Assembly (NCBI GenBank): GCA_950097015.1
Contig: CATNEN010000001.1
Span: forward strand, 19,158,001-19,222,000
Direction of reading: 5' to 3'
Length of the DNA stretch: 64,000 bases
Source: Macrostomum hystrix
Lineage: Eukaryota; Animalia; Platyhelminthes
The notes below the pieces were generated by a model, which had not been told where the DNA came from, made no database searches, and was given only the letters and a program-made list of their open reading frames with translations. The translations under genes and the position numbers were made by a program. This document shows positions 1-11,502 of this stretch, in pieces (the first letter of the stretch is position 1; each line of letters starts with the position of its first letter).

Positions 1-967
1 ACATAATTATTTGTTTTTTCAAAGCAGTATTAAGTAGCCTATACCTTTATTACGATTTTGTTTTTTTCAACTTGAACGCTACGAGTACGTTACGGTTTAC
101 ATACGTAAGTTGCGGGTAATATCGAGCCGATCTTCAAGAAAGGAAAATAATGTGTTTCGTAGCTAATTATTTGGAATACCTTGGTTTTTCGAGAATTATT
201 AAATTAAGATTTAATATACCAGAAAGTCTTACGGTTTCCCTACTTTGTAGCAGAACACGAAAGCTCAGACACTTTTATTAAAAATATATAATATTTGTAG
301 ATGAATTAACTAAATCGATGTTTCAGTAGGTTGAACTCGTGCGATTATACTGCTTTTGCGACAGAATGCAATGACTTTGCATCAATTAGATTTATAAATT
401 GGTCGATTATTTATCATGTTGATTTCTGTCGAAAAGGTTAAATGTTCCGGAAACTTTATGTAACTCTAAACAAAGTAAAACATTTAGATACTGGTGTGAG
501 GCATTGCACTTCGTACCCTACAAAATTTAAACGCTGTTTTGCCGTTTTTATGCAGTATGTGTTTAAAAAAATCTTTTAGCGAACTATTTTCGCTTCAACC
601 TTTCTTTTAAGTTACTTTTATGCTTTAAAAATAATGATTTTTGCCTTGCTGGTCTTTATTTAAAACTTTATGGATTACATGCACTGACAAAAATAAGTAG
701 AATGTTTGGTGCAACGATAAATCGATGACTTTCGTTACGGGTGCTAATAATTTTGACTTTTGCTGAGTTTGTAATATTGACGTTCACCCTTTTGGTTTTT
801 GAAGCTTTGCAGATAAAATTTGGGGACCTGCTGGACCCGTCGTTAGATAATGGAGCGATTCGCTAGCTCGCGATATATTTGCTTGCGTTGCTAATATTGC
901 GTTGCGAATTTGATCGCTACGATGGCCATTGCTTAAAATAAGTAAGCACAAGCTGCAGCCTGCAGCC

Positions 968-1623
968 AAAAAAGTAATAAATTACTAATTAGTAAGCCAA
1001 ATTACTAATAAATAGTAATTCTTCGTTGTATATGGGCAATGTCATGTGGTGAAACTGGTAGCACGTCAGCCTGACAACTGCGGGTCGTTGGTTCGACTCA
1101 TTTTTTATTTAAATTAATGATTATGTTTTGCAGAACAACAAGAAACAAGAACATCATATAAGCCTACTCATTTTTTAATCCGGCTGAGTAAGAAAAAAAG
1201 CGGTTTTACGCTGATTTACATAAATATCAGCACTATACAGTACACTCGAAGCACCAAAGGAATCACATACAGTAGGATAGCCTATATGTTTTGAAAAACT
1301 CTGAAAAAGTATTCGAACGAAAGAATATATACTAATAAATAGTAATTCTTCGTTGTATATGGGCAATGTCAAGTGGTGAAACTGGTAGCACGTCAGCCTG
1401 ACAACTGCGGGTCGTTGGTTCGACTCATTTTTTATTTAAATTAATGATTATATGTTTTGCAGAACAACAAGAACATCATATAAGCCTACTCATTTCTTAA
1501 TCTGGCTAAGTAAGAAAAAAAGCGGTTTTACGCTGATTTACATAAATATCAGCACTATACAGTACACTCGAAGCACCAAAGGAATCACATACAGTAGGAT
1601 AGCCTATATGTTTTGAAAAACTC
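968..1623 (+). repeat. Two ~320-bp tandem units, each with a truncated tRNA-like Pol III cassette
   Basis: GTGGTGAAACTGGTAGCAC...GGTTCGACTCATTTTTT at ~1046-1106 and ~1373-1433; same unit occurs four times at 30299-31578. Confidence 0.8.
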
Positions 1624-1659
1624 TTAAATTAAGAAAACTCTAAAAGAATTTATTTTTCC

Positions 1660-1900
1660 AAACATATCGGCAGCATCCGAACCCCACAGAATTGCCGCAC
1701 AGAACTGCTTTATTCCACGCCAGCCGGAATTATTATTACCCGACGAAATGTCGGTACTCATCTGCAGCTGAGTAGACTGTGTGCACATCAGGGCAAAGCA
1801 GCTTGCCAAGGGCTGCACGAATAGTTCTAGACTAGGTCGGGAGTCGAACCCAGGACCATCTGATCCAGAGTCCGACACCTTACTGACTGAGCTATCCGCC
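1660..1900 (-). mobile_element. tRNA-derived SINE (family A) within the KDZ right arm
   Basis: Minus strand GGCGGATAGCTCAGTCAGTAAGG...GGTTCGACTCCCG (A and B boxes), followed by a CORE-like CCCTTGGCAAGCTGCTTTGCCC...CTCAGCTGCAGATGAGTACC body. The 3' boundary is approximate. Confidence 0.7.
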
Positions 1901-2094
1901 CTCATGGGCAACCTCTCCCCCTCCTCCTTCCCCCCCGTCACCTTCCTATCCCATATCCGAGGCCCACACCAGGAGCGCACCCTGGGCCCATGAGCTGCGA
2001 TCGGCTAGCCCAGCTCACCTCACCATGAGGGCACCCTGGCTAGGCGCATAATAAACGTATGAGCTGGGGCCGGCTAGCCCGCGGCCATAGACTG

Positions 2095-2513
2095 AATTTG
2101 GCCCGCAGAGTGGCGGAGGGGAGTTGGGGTGGCTGTCCTCGGAAAACAAAAAGTGACTCACTTTGAGATGATGCAGCTTCGCTCTGGATTGAGTAGAGAT
2201 GTTCAAAATTGACAGCATTGTTGGAAAACATGTAAAGTGTAAGTGGATCAAATTTGGAGAAAATCTGACAAAGTGGGGCGACGATATGTCGAATTGAGTG
2301 ATTTTTTGACGATTTTTGAGCAGTTTTTTGCACTTTTGAGCAGGAAGGAAATGATTTTTCGGGAATTTGAGTAGCCTATTGCACTCAGCGTAGGTGGTTT
2401 TAGGTATGTGCAAAGTTTCGTGCGATTTGGTTGAGCGGTTTCGGCGTCTATAAAGACAAAAGGTTGCACACACACACACACACAGACAGAGTTTTCACTT
2501 TTATATATATAGA
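2095..2513 (-). mobile_element. 5' portion of non-autonomous Helitron, copy 1
   Basis: Minus strand starts A|TCTATATATATAAAAGTG at 2513 (5'-TC after A), followed by a (TG)n tract; near-identical to 32062-32471. Confidence 0.8.
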
Positions 2514-2752
2514 TACTAGCTTTTTTTGCCCGTTGTTTTTGGGGCAGAAATTTAAAGCAAAGCAGTAAGCAATTCACGTCTCTGTATTAACTTTATAGTG
2601 AAGGTCACCATTTATTTATTTACTGCATTAATGAAAAGTGAAGAGTTTGTTTAAGGGCGTTTTAAGTAAAAAATAAGTGAAAAGTTTGTCCAAACAGCCC
2701 CCTCTTGATTACTTCTTTAGAAACATGTCTCTTAGCCACTCCTCTATACAGT

Positions 2753-3043
2753 CAGTGGCAGATCCAGGAATTTTGTTTTGGGGCGGTCTGTCAGGGGAGC
2801 GCCATGAGAATCACAGAGGGGGTGCCAGCGGCCGAAAAAGGGCGCCAGGAGCCAAGAAAGGGCGCCAGCGGCTGAAAAAGGGCGCCAGGAGCCAAGAAAG
2901 GGCGCCAGCGGCTGAAAAACGGGAGCCAGCGACCGAAAAGGGGCGCCAGTGCTGCGACTGGCGCCCCTGGTGGGGGCATCTTATTCCCATGATTAAAATT
3001 TAGGGGGGCGACTGCCCCCCCGCCCCCCCTAAATCTGCCTCTG
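2753..3043. mobile_element. hAT-type MITE (291 bp) inserted in the Helitron
   Basis: TIRs CAGTGGCAGATCCAGG / CCTAAATCTGCCTCTG; perfect 8-bp TSD TATACAGT at 2745-2752 and 3044-3051; internal AAAGGGCGCCAG repeats. Confidence 0.85.
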
Positions 3044-3207
3044 TATACAGTATGCATGTACACGCGTATACATAAGGAAAATAGCCATGGCATAACAATA
3101 ACAATGTCAAAGAAACAAAATTAAACTGTTAAGCTTAATTGCTTAGAGTTCAGAGTTAGACAGGTCAAGGTCAATTCGTGACTACTTTTCTATTAATTGC
3201 TTGCGAG

Positions 3208-3869
3208 TCACCTCAAGGCCTGGGGATACACCACATTCTTCGTTCTTCCCCTTGGTGCGAAAATGAATAGGCCCGCTGGAGTTCCAACACGGGAGCAGGC
3301 GACATAAAGCTGCCCATGCGAGAAGCAAGGAGTCTCCAGGTTGATGCCAGCTACCTTCAGCGACTGTCCCTGAGCCTTGTTAATAGGCATCGCAAAGCAC
3401 ACTCTCACAGGGAACTGCAGTCGCTTGAACTGAAATGGCAGGTCCGTGGGGATAATTGGAATCCGGGGAACGAACACAGACTCTCCTCTGCCAGATCCAG
3501 TCATTATCGTGGCCTCAATCACGTGTGGGAAGAGCCGCCTGACTATCAGTCTGGTGCCGTTACACAGCCTTGGCGCATTCAGGTTGCGGAGGAGCATAAT
3601 TGGTGCCCCAACTTTCAGCTGCAAGTTGTGCGATGGAGTTCCAGGAGGATCTAGAGAGTTCAGAAACTCAACAGGATACTCCACAGCGGTGTCATCAGTC
3701 AACGTTGTATCAATTGACTTGTAGGTGAAAACTGCACCTGGCAACTCCTGAAGCAGTTGGTAGTTAATTTCGTTGCGGCATCATTTCTAGGACACAGAAT
3801 TGCCCTCTCTGACAGCCAGTCAACGTCAGCATATCGAACCATCAGGTTCGGGTAAACTTTTGCCTTGAG
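3208..3869 (-). pseudogene. C-terminal remnant of Helitron Rep/Hel PIF1-like helicase (5'-truncated, one frameshift near 3760)
   Basis: KVYPNL...WLSERAILCPRN, then in another frame EFLNSL...LKVGAPIMLLRNLN...LCNGTRL...RLQFPVRVCFAMPINKAQGQS...FSHGQLYVACSRV...TKNVVY. Confidence 0.93.
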
Positions 3870-4512
3870 CTTTTTTGACGATTTTTGAGCAGTTTTTTGC
3901 ACTTTTGAGCAGGAAGAAATATCGACCAGAGAGCCCTGCGCACTGGGACGCCACCGCACTCACCGCACTCAGTCTCAGTGCTGCTTGGGGGCCAGTAGAC
4001 AGTCTAGGGGTTTGGGCTGTGTACATTCACGGCTTGAAATACAATGTACAGTCTGGGGCTTCGGCGCCCGGGGAAGGGAGGGGGTGCCTGTAATAAAATT
4101 TGGCCCGCAGCACCTAACGGCCGTGGACTAGCCGGCCTCAGCTCACGGTAAAAATTAGACGGCTAGCCCAGGTCACCTCACCGTGCCATGAGTCCGGCTA
4201 GACGAGTGCAGCTCATGAGCTCCCTGTGGGAACGTGAAGCGTGGGAACCCCATGATGAAGCGTGGTTGGCTGGGAGGGGTTGTTTACGCGAACTTGGGAA
4301 CGAACTAGACGATGGTGCCATACATCCCTATTTGAGCGGGGGACAAAGGGGAACGAGCTGTTTTTCCTCTTCCCACCAAAACTCGAATAGTAAAGAGCTC
4401 GTCGAGTCAAAACTTTAAATCTAATTCTATATCCTATACTAGCTAGAATTGTTAAATAGAAACCTTTTTTATTAGCTCAAATAAGAACTGACAGGTAAGC
4501 CAAGTTTAGGTG

Positions 4513-4681
4513 CCCATGTCGGTTTAATATTTTCCTATTTGTAATAATGTATTGTAAGAGTTTGTGGCATGTCAAAATCAATCCATATTTGTTATTTGAC
4601 CCATGTCAGTTTAATATTTTCGTATTTGTAATAATGTATTGTAAGAGTTTGTGGCATGTCAAAATCAATCCATATTTGTTA
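4513..4681. repeat. Two-copy 87-bp tandem duplication
   Basis: CCCATGTC(G/A)GTTTAATATTTTC...CAATCCATATTTGTTA at 4513 and 4600. Confidence 0.85.
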
Positions 4682-6836
4682 CTGCTGTATAATAATCTAC
4701 ATAGTTGGAAATTGCTGGTATTATAAATATTACTATCAATATTTATAGTAGTAATAGCTCATTAATGCTGCCTGCTAAACAAGCTTTTCATGCAGATCTA
4801 AACAGTGGCATACATAGCCTAGAAATCCATTCCAGGGGTCATTACTGTCTCGGGTGTCACGGCAAGCTCATGCTGATAATTTTCGCTAATTTTTGGTGCT
4901 CAGAATTCTGTTGAGTAATTCTAATGGGGCTCCAACCCCTCAGCCACATAGATCGTCACAGCGTCACCTATCCTATATGCAGAGGATAGGCCACCCTCTC
5001 CCATTCAAATGCACGCTCTCCTATTTCCCCTGTGTTAGGCAGATTTCTGGTAACCCATACTACTAGTGTTCGGCTACTAGTAGCTAGTATGACCCCCTCG
5101 CCTACGCCATTCAGATCAAGGTGTCAAATCTTAGATAGTCCAACTCTTAATCAGTGCACCCACACCTGCAGCCCGGAGAAATATGTAACATGCCCTGTGG
5201 CCTGTGACTATGACCTGTTAAGAGTGCCTTCAAGGAAGTGAATATTTCAGTCAAACCAATACATAAAAGTTGCGACACAGACTACTAGATGAGGAGTAGT
5301 ATCAACTGTTAGCCGTTCTTACTCTGCATCTGGCGCAGGAGAAAAGGGGAATGACGGAGAGATCGGGAGAGAGAGCAGATGAAAAAAGCACGGTGGAAAG
5401 CGGCAGAATTTGAATGTAATTGAAAGTTAGAAACAGGAACAGCCTCTATTTGTCAAAGTCAGTGTGTTAAATATAAGGAAAATGCCTGACCATAGCGGGC
5501 ATGTCTCCTCGAGGCTGATGTAGAGAGGAGAATCTGAGAATCACATGGAATCGAGTCCTCGTTTAATTATTGGTATTAGCATGTAGCATTAATAGAATGG
5601 GACCATATAGGGCCAAAACACCTGTTTATAAAAAATGAGGGCCATTGCATTTGAATTCCCATTGAACTGTAACTTTCACAAAAGCAATCAATATTTTTAT
5701 AGATATTAACTCACACGCTCGTCCAAAGAGTCGAGCTGCAGGCTGATAGTAGCTAGCTCTGAGAGCAAAAGTATTGCAGTAACTTGAGGCTTGCCTAGAA
5801 CCAGACAATGGCAGTTTGACAGCATAGACCTAGTCGTCCATTAGAGTCCATAATGTTGACAAGCGAACAGTCAGGCAGCAAGCAAGGCAGGCTGGAAATG
5901 TTTGAGGAAAATGTATTAGTATCAATATTTAGTGCAAAAACTGAAAACCATGATTAAACTGTGATTACCTCTTTAAAAGTTGAAAAAACTCAAAGCTTGT
6001 GAAATGTGTGCAGCATGTGTTTTGACTAGGGCCTGTTAAGAGTACCTTCAAGGGAATGAATATATCAGTCCAACTGTTAGCTATAGAATACTTAAATAGC
6101 TGTTCCAAGACCAAAAAATTTACCATGCCCATGCTAAATAATTCCTGAAGAAAAAGTTTCAAAGTAGAACTAATTTTCAAGTTAAGAATTCGAAATTGTA
6201 TTTCATGAATTTTTTATGCTTTTTCCTATTAATAGCAATGGTGACATGTTACAGTTTTGGATTTTCTAACTTGACCATTTTGTGGCCCTATAATATGGTA
6301 TTACTTGACATGCCTATAGACTCCAAAAATATATAGTTTGCCAATGAAGTGTAGGTAAATAGTTCATGTGAGTATGTGACAGACATTTGATTTACATATT
6401 GCTAAAAACTTAATTTTAGATGGGACCTACTAGCGGCAATGAATTTCTTCGAAAGAAGGGCTGTGCTAGTAAGTGTTTTATATACAGTAAGATTTAAAGG
6501 AATTGGGCATTTCTGCACCTACTAACTTGGTTTTTGTTCAGAATTGTACAGCTGACTGGAAAAAGGAAAAGGGCAGCTTTCTTAGTTTCTAAAAAATGGG
6601 TGACTGCCTTAAAAACTTGGTAAATATGCTTTCATGCATAATGCTGGTTTGGGTGTTAATTTTTCATTTTATATTTAAACAGTTAATTCAGTAATGGTGT
6701 TGTTCTCTCCCCTGAGGTCAAGGGGAGATTACCTTAAGCATGGCCTCACTTTTAATTCTTGCAGTTCTGGACAAAAGCCTAGTTTAGTGGAAATCTCGAT
6801 TAAATATTTTTAATATCATATACTTCTTCATTTCAG

Positions 6837-7972
6837 CTTGGACTTCAGCATTGCTAGAGAAGTATAGGGGTCTAAGTATAGCAAAAAAAGAACGACTAAG
6901 AAAAGCTGCTAAAAATCGACCTCGCCCAATTAAAAGAATCATTCAGGACTTGGACAAACATAAAGAAACTTACATTGTTATTAGAATTACTGAACATGAC
7001 AGAGCCATTTATCACTGTTCTAAAGATGTCACTGGCACTTTGAGTGGACAGGTCCAAGAAGCATGTAGTTCTATTGTTGATTTTATAAGAGCAGATAAGC
7101 AAGCGCAACACAGGCTTCAAAATTTGCAGCAGCTTCCTCAAACAGAAGGAAAGTTTGAAGAAATTATTAAAAATGGTGTTGTCTACATGCGCAAAGAGCT
7201 TAGTAAAATAGCTAAGGACGCTTATGAAAGGGCAGGCAACTCTGGTGCAATTCAATGGGCACTTATAGCTTCTGATTTAGCTACAGGTCAGAAGAAAGGG
7301 CCAGGACGTTTTATTCCCAACTTCTCTTCACCCCATAATCTTAACCAACAGCAATGTGTTGCACAATTTCAGGCAATTTCTGATCATGGTGAAGTAAAAT
7401 TTTGGTCTCATTCAGAATGGAATGAGAGAAATGTAGCACCTACAATTAGCACTGAAGGTACTCTGGCAAACCAAAATGAAGCATTGCTTGTTGGCATGCA
7501 AGGTACTAGTGCAAATGGTAATGATTCTGCAATAGTGGCTACACAGCAAAATGACTATGCTGCTGAGGCTGAGATAAGCCTCAATGAAGAATGTAGTCAA
7601 AGTGCAGAAGCATCACAAAGTAATGTCAATGATATTACCAGTCTCAACAATACTACTTCAAATATCAATAGTATTGAAAATTTATTCCAAAATCCAGACG
7701 CTTATTTAGAAGACATTCATTTGCAGCAACTTAGAAGTTCTCAAAATCAAGTAATACATAGTCACCTACGTCTTGCTCAGTTTTCGCAGAATTATTACCC
7801 AGGTATGTTATTGCCACATGAAATACAGATATCTGAGTCTCAAGTACCTCCTCAGGTACCTTTACAATTTTCATTACCAAGCCTGTCACATATGACACAG
7901 CAAAGTGCTGCTGAAGAACATGTTATCTCACAACAGCCAAACAGTAGGACAGTCCATCTTTTTCCTAGATAG
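6837..7972 (+). CDS. Unknown protein, probable terminal exon (basic/globular N-terminal half, Q/S/N-rich tail); KDZ cargo
   Basis: 373-codon stop-free frame in AT-rich DNA with no ATG at its start; preceded by a pyrimidine tract and TTTCAG acceptor at 6836. No family recognised. Confidence 0.6.
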
Positions 7973-9851
7973 ACTAGACTGCAAATTGTTAAATAAAACA
8001 GTTCAGTATATTGCACTTTATAGATGTGCTATTAAAATCAATGAGGATAATGTACATTGCACTCTTTAGAAGTGCTGTAAGCCTCAGTAGAAAGCTTTTT
8101 AATGTAGATTGATATAGCTATTATGTGCTGTATTCATTTTAACCACTTGCATTTAACATAGTGCTGTGAAGCTAAAGTCTTAAAAATTGACCAAAGCTCT
8201 GAATACCTTGCACTCTAAATCTATGGGCACTTCTGGAAACCTTCTCGCTTGGCAAAAATGGATAAAAATATAGGTAGGGTCAGCTGTCAACTCACTATTT
8301 AAATCTGAGATCCATATTTGCCATCTGGTGTGCCTGATAATCTTTTGTATACAGTTATTTTGCTACTATACAAGGTGATAACCTTGTATTCTAGCATTAT
8401 AAAAATGTTTACAATAGAGAGCCAATTCCAGTTAAAAATTACCAATATATATTATGTTTTACATATACCAACATATACAAAATAATTATTTGCTTCCCTT
8501 TCTAAACAAGTAGCTATATAGTCTACTCTACTATTTGATCTTAAATTATTATTTCACTTTGCTAGTTCAATATACACATAAGAAAAATTGATAGGCCTAC
8601 AAAGCAATGTTATAGCCTGACTATATTCCTAGAGCCATTATTTTTCCCTTTTGAATCATGTTCTACTTGCTTTTTATTTGATATTTCTAATTTCATTCAT
8701 GTTATCTTCATGTGGACAAAATTCATGAAATTATCTTGCATAATAAAAGGGTTACAAGACATTTACTTGAATTCTGAAACAATTGAAAAGTTTTTGTTTG
8801 ACTAGAAGGTCTACTCAAGACTTTGTCTTTTTGGAGACTAAATAAGTTCATTCAAGGAATACAAAACTTGAAAAAAATATTCAACTCTTTTTCAAACCCT
8901 GGGCAACTATATTGAGTGTATAGTTCTCATTTTTAGACTAAAAAGCCATAATTTTGAATTTATGCCTAGTTATAACATAGATATAATTAGATAGATAACA
9001 TAGATAACATAGATATAATTAGATAGCAAGGAGAGGAAATTTTTAGTTATTAAATTATTAAATTTGGTCTATGAAAATAAGAGCAGCACTGATTATAGGC
9101 ATAGCTAGTTATGTCTAAATATAAATATTTATTCCATCCTTAAACTGAAGGAATTCCTCTAGCCAAATAGGGTTGTAACTGTAACATTTATTCCAATAAA
9201 AACATATAATAGCTAAATTTAGGCTAAGAAATTAGTATCTTCATATAGGACTAGCTACTTCTGTTCTGTCCTCTTCAAAAGAGACTAATTTTTTAAAGAT
9301 TCGCATAGGGCATAGCTATAGCTATGCTATAGCAAATGTTTACAAGAAACTCACATAGATAATTCACACAAATGATATATGTGATCCTACATTAGTACTA
9401 CTGTTTGTTGTATCTGACTTTCTATCTAATTTTTTATATAAAAATTCGAATTTTTTAATGCAGAAACCAAATTATTTGTCCTTCTATGCATGATATTAGA
9501 TCATTGGTATATTAAAGTGCTAAACTTTACCCAACTTTTAGAGTAAAATTAAACTTAGTAAAGTCAAAGAAAAAATTTAAGAATTTGATGAAGAAAATCA
9601 AGTATGATTATCTTAAACAATAAAGCTATTAAGTGGCAAAGTTTTGGTATTTTCTTAGAAAAGAAAAACTCTTTCATGTGTCCAAAGAGGCCAGGTAATA
9701 TTTGAACTGACAAACTCACCTATAACTTACATATACTGCTATAGCTACCTCACCGTTAGTTTACTGGTACAACACTTCCTTGAATCATGTTTGTTAATTT
9801 CCAAGAAACATAATTTGCGTGATTAACGAGTTTGGCAATACATAATTTCAG

Positions 9852-10487
9852 GCATCAAAGAAAAAGTCGGCCGGCCGAAAGAAGGGTCGGGCCGACGCCC
9901 GGCCCTTGCGGGCCCCGCCACGCCCCCCGCCCCGCCCCCCGCCAACGCCTCCGCCATCGCCGCCACCGTCCAGGCCGGCCACCAGGGCTTCATATGCCCG
10001 GGTGGCCGGTGCTCCCCCCCTGATCCCGACCCAGCCTGCCCCTGCCCCAGTCCGCCCTCTTCTCCCCGCCCAACCCAACCTTCCAGCCCGCCCCATCCCT
10101 CCTCAACCCAACCCAGGCCCACAACCCACCCTCACCACCCCTGCCCCAGTCGGCCAACCGCCCCGTCCAGCCCGCCCCATCCCTCCTCAACCCAACCCAG
10201 GCCCACAACCCACCCTCACCACCCCTGCCCCAGTCGGCCAACCGCCCCGTCCAGCCCGCCCCATCCCTCCTCAACCCAACCCAGGCCCACAACCCACCCT
10301 TACCACCCCTGCCCCAGTCGGCCAACCCCCCCGTCCAGCCCGTCCCAACCCTCCCCAACCCAACCCAGGCCCAGCCCACCCTCCCCCCAATCCCCAGCAG
10401 CACAGCCGCCGCGGCCGCCCTCGTCATCGGGGAGGCCGCAAATGGCGGAACTGGAAGACGAATGTGACTTTCTGTGCCTTTAAATAG
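9852..10487 (+). CDS. Proline-rich protein exon with 28-aa (84-bp) repeats and basic termini; KDZ cargo
   Basis: TTTCAG acceptor, then ASKKKSAGRKKGR..., three full copies plus one partial PARPIPPQPNPGPQPTLTTPAPVGQPPR, then an RRGRPRHRGGRKWR tail; GC-rich island in AT-rich DNA. Confidence 0.5.
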   Translation, partial: ASKKKSAGRKKGRADARPLRAPPRPPPRPPPTPPPSPPPSRPATRASYARVAGAPPLIPTQPAPAPVRPLLPAQPNLPARPIPPQPNPGPQPTLTTPAPVGQPPRPARPIPPQPNPGPQPTLTTPAPVGQPPRPARPIPPQPNPGPQPTLTTPAPVGQPPRPARPNPPQPNPGPAHPPPNPQQHSRRGRPRHRGGRKWRNWKTNVTFCAFK

Positions 10488-10795
10488 TGCTGTTGACAAA
10501 GACCCTCCTAACTCTATAAATTAATTCTTCAGTGCAGTCAATAGCAGAAATATGCATTTATTCGTTGATTCGGGGTTTTGGGATTTACAGCTTTAATCCC
10601 AGATCCCAAGCCCTTCTCTGATCCACAAAGCCTTCTCCAAATTCCCACTTCTTCAGTTATTGACTTTATCATGCAATCATCCCCGTTCATTAGTTATCCT
10701 ATTTCATGAGTTATCCCCGTTACTCAGTTATACAGGATTGTACTAACAACCGTCCTTCGTCCTTGCTCTATATTTTTTCTTTTAAAAATTTGCAG

Positions 10796-11019
10796 AGAGA
10801 CAGCGTGCGAGCCTACCTGCTCCTGATGGAGCAGGTAAAGCTCCGGAGTCTGTCCGCCTATTGCCGAGGGTGAGTAAATTTTTTGTCAGATTCACAGCTA
10901 ACGATGGAATCAATTCAATTGCCAGAAGGCCTTGTATTTTGCAGAAATATCGGTTTCATGCCGCCCTGGCATTGGGGCCCGGGCGGGCCGCCAGGAGGCG
11001 GCGGGATCGCTTTCTGGTG
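10796..11019 (+). other. Two GC-rich exon-like fragments separated by a GT-AG intron
   Basis: TGCAG acceptor at ~10795, GG|GTGAGT donor at ~10871, TTTGCAG acceptor at ~10944; product not recognisable. Confidence 0.3.
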
Positions 11020-11269
11020 AGTTCTGGGGAAGCAAAAATTTGGAAAAGTCGGTCCAGCCAAAAAATAAATACGCTATTTTCTGTCTATGTGTGCCTGATC
11101 CTGTCTATCTGCCCTGCCCCTGTGTAAATCGGGCAATTTTATTGGCCACAAGTCTTAGAAAAAAGGAAGATATCAGCTCCGCTTCCAGTCCAAATTTTAA
11201 TTTTAGAATGTGAATAGCAATTAAGCCGCCCCGAGTTATTCAGTTATTAAAAAATTCGTCACTAACTAA

Positions 11270-11502
11270 ATTCGTCACTTCATCAGATATCCCCTTAAGC
11301 AGCTATCCCCTTTCACCAGTTATCCCCCATCTACAGTTATCCCATATCGGCAGAAATCCCATTTCATCAGATAGCCCACTTCAGGAGTAATCCCACTTAA
11401 CCTGTTATCTTACTTCAGCAGTTATCTAACTTCATCAGTAATTCAACTTCTGCAGTTTTCCCAGTGCAGCAGTTATCCCACTTCAGCAGTTATCCCACAT
11501 CA
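11270..11502. repeat. Degenerate ~19-bp tandem repeat (CAGCAGTTATCCCACTT-like)
   Basis: Recurring CAGTTATCCC motifs; related motifs at 10650-10730. Confidence 0.7.

Larger units (their letters stand above)
1..2094. mobile_element. Right arm of a second copy of the giant KDZ element (runs off the window start)
   Basis: 1-2094 is near-identical to 29320-32061 apart from scattered SNPs, small indels and a different number of 320-bp units; both end in ...GGCTAGCCCGCGGCCATAGACTG. Confidence 0.88.
2516..4110 (-). mobile_element. 3' portion of non-autonomous Helitron, copy 2 (its 5' portion is 32062-32471)
   Basis: Minus strand ends TGCCCC-AAAAACAAC-GGGCA hairpin...GCTAG|T at 2516. Contains a helicase C-terminal remnant and a 46-bp block (3871-3916) also present in the 5' portion (2302-2346, 32262-32306). 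Confidence 0.82.

Noticed and set aside
1826-1900. Functional tRNA genes here and at 31781-31855, ~42225-42285, ~48700-48770, ~50215-50285 and 63951-64000
   Set aside because: Acceptor and anticodon stems do not pair properly, and most run into shared SINE bodies; treated as SINE heads.
6420-6620. Exon-like pieces WDLLAAMNFFERRAVL and IVQLTGKRKRAAFLV as a tyrosine-recombinase-like remnant
   Set aside because: Similarity is short and by eye, splice phases do not join in frame, and no catalytic motifs were found.
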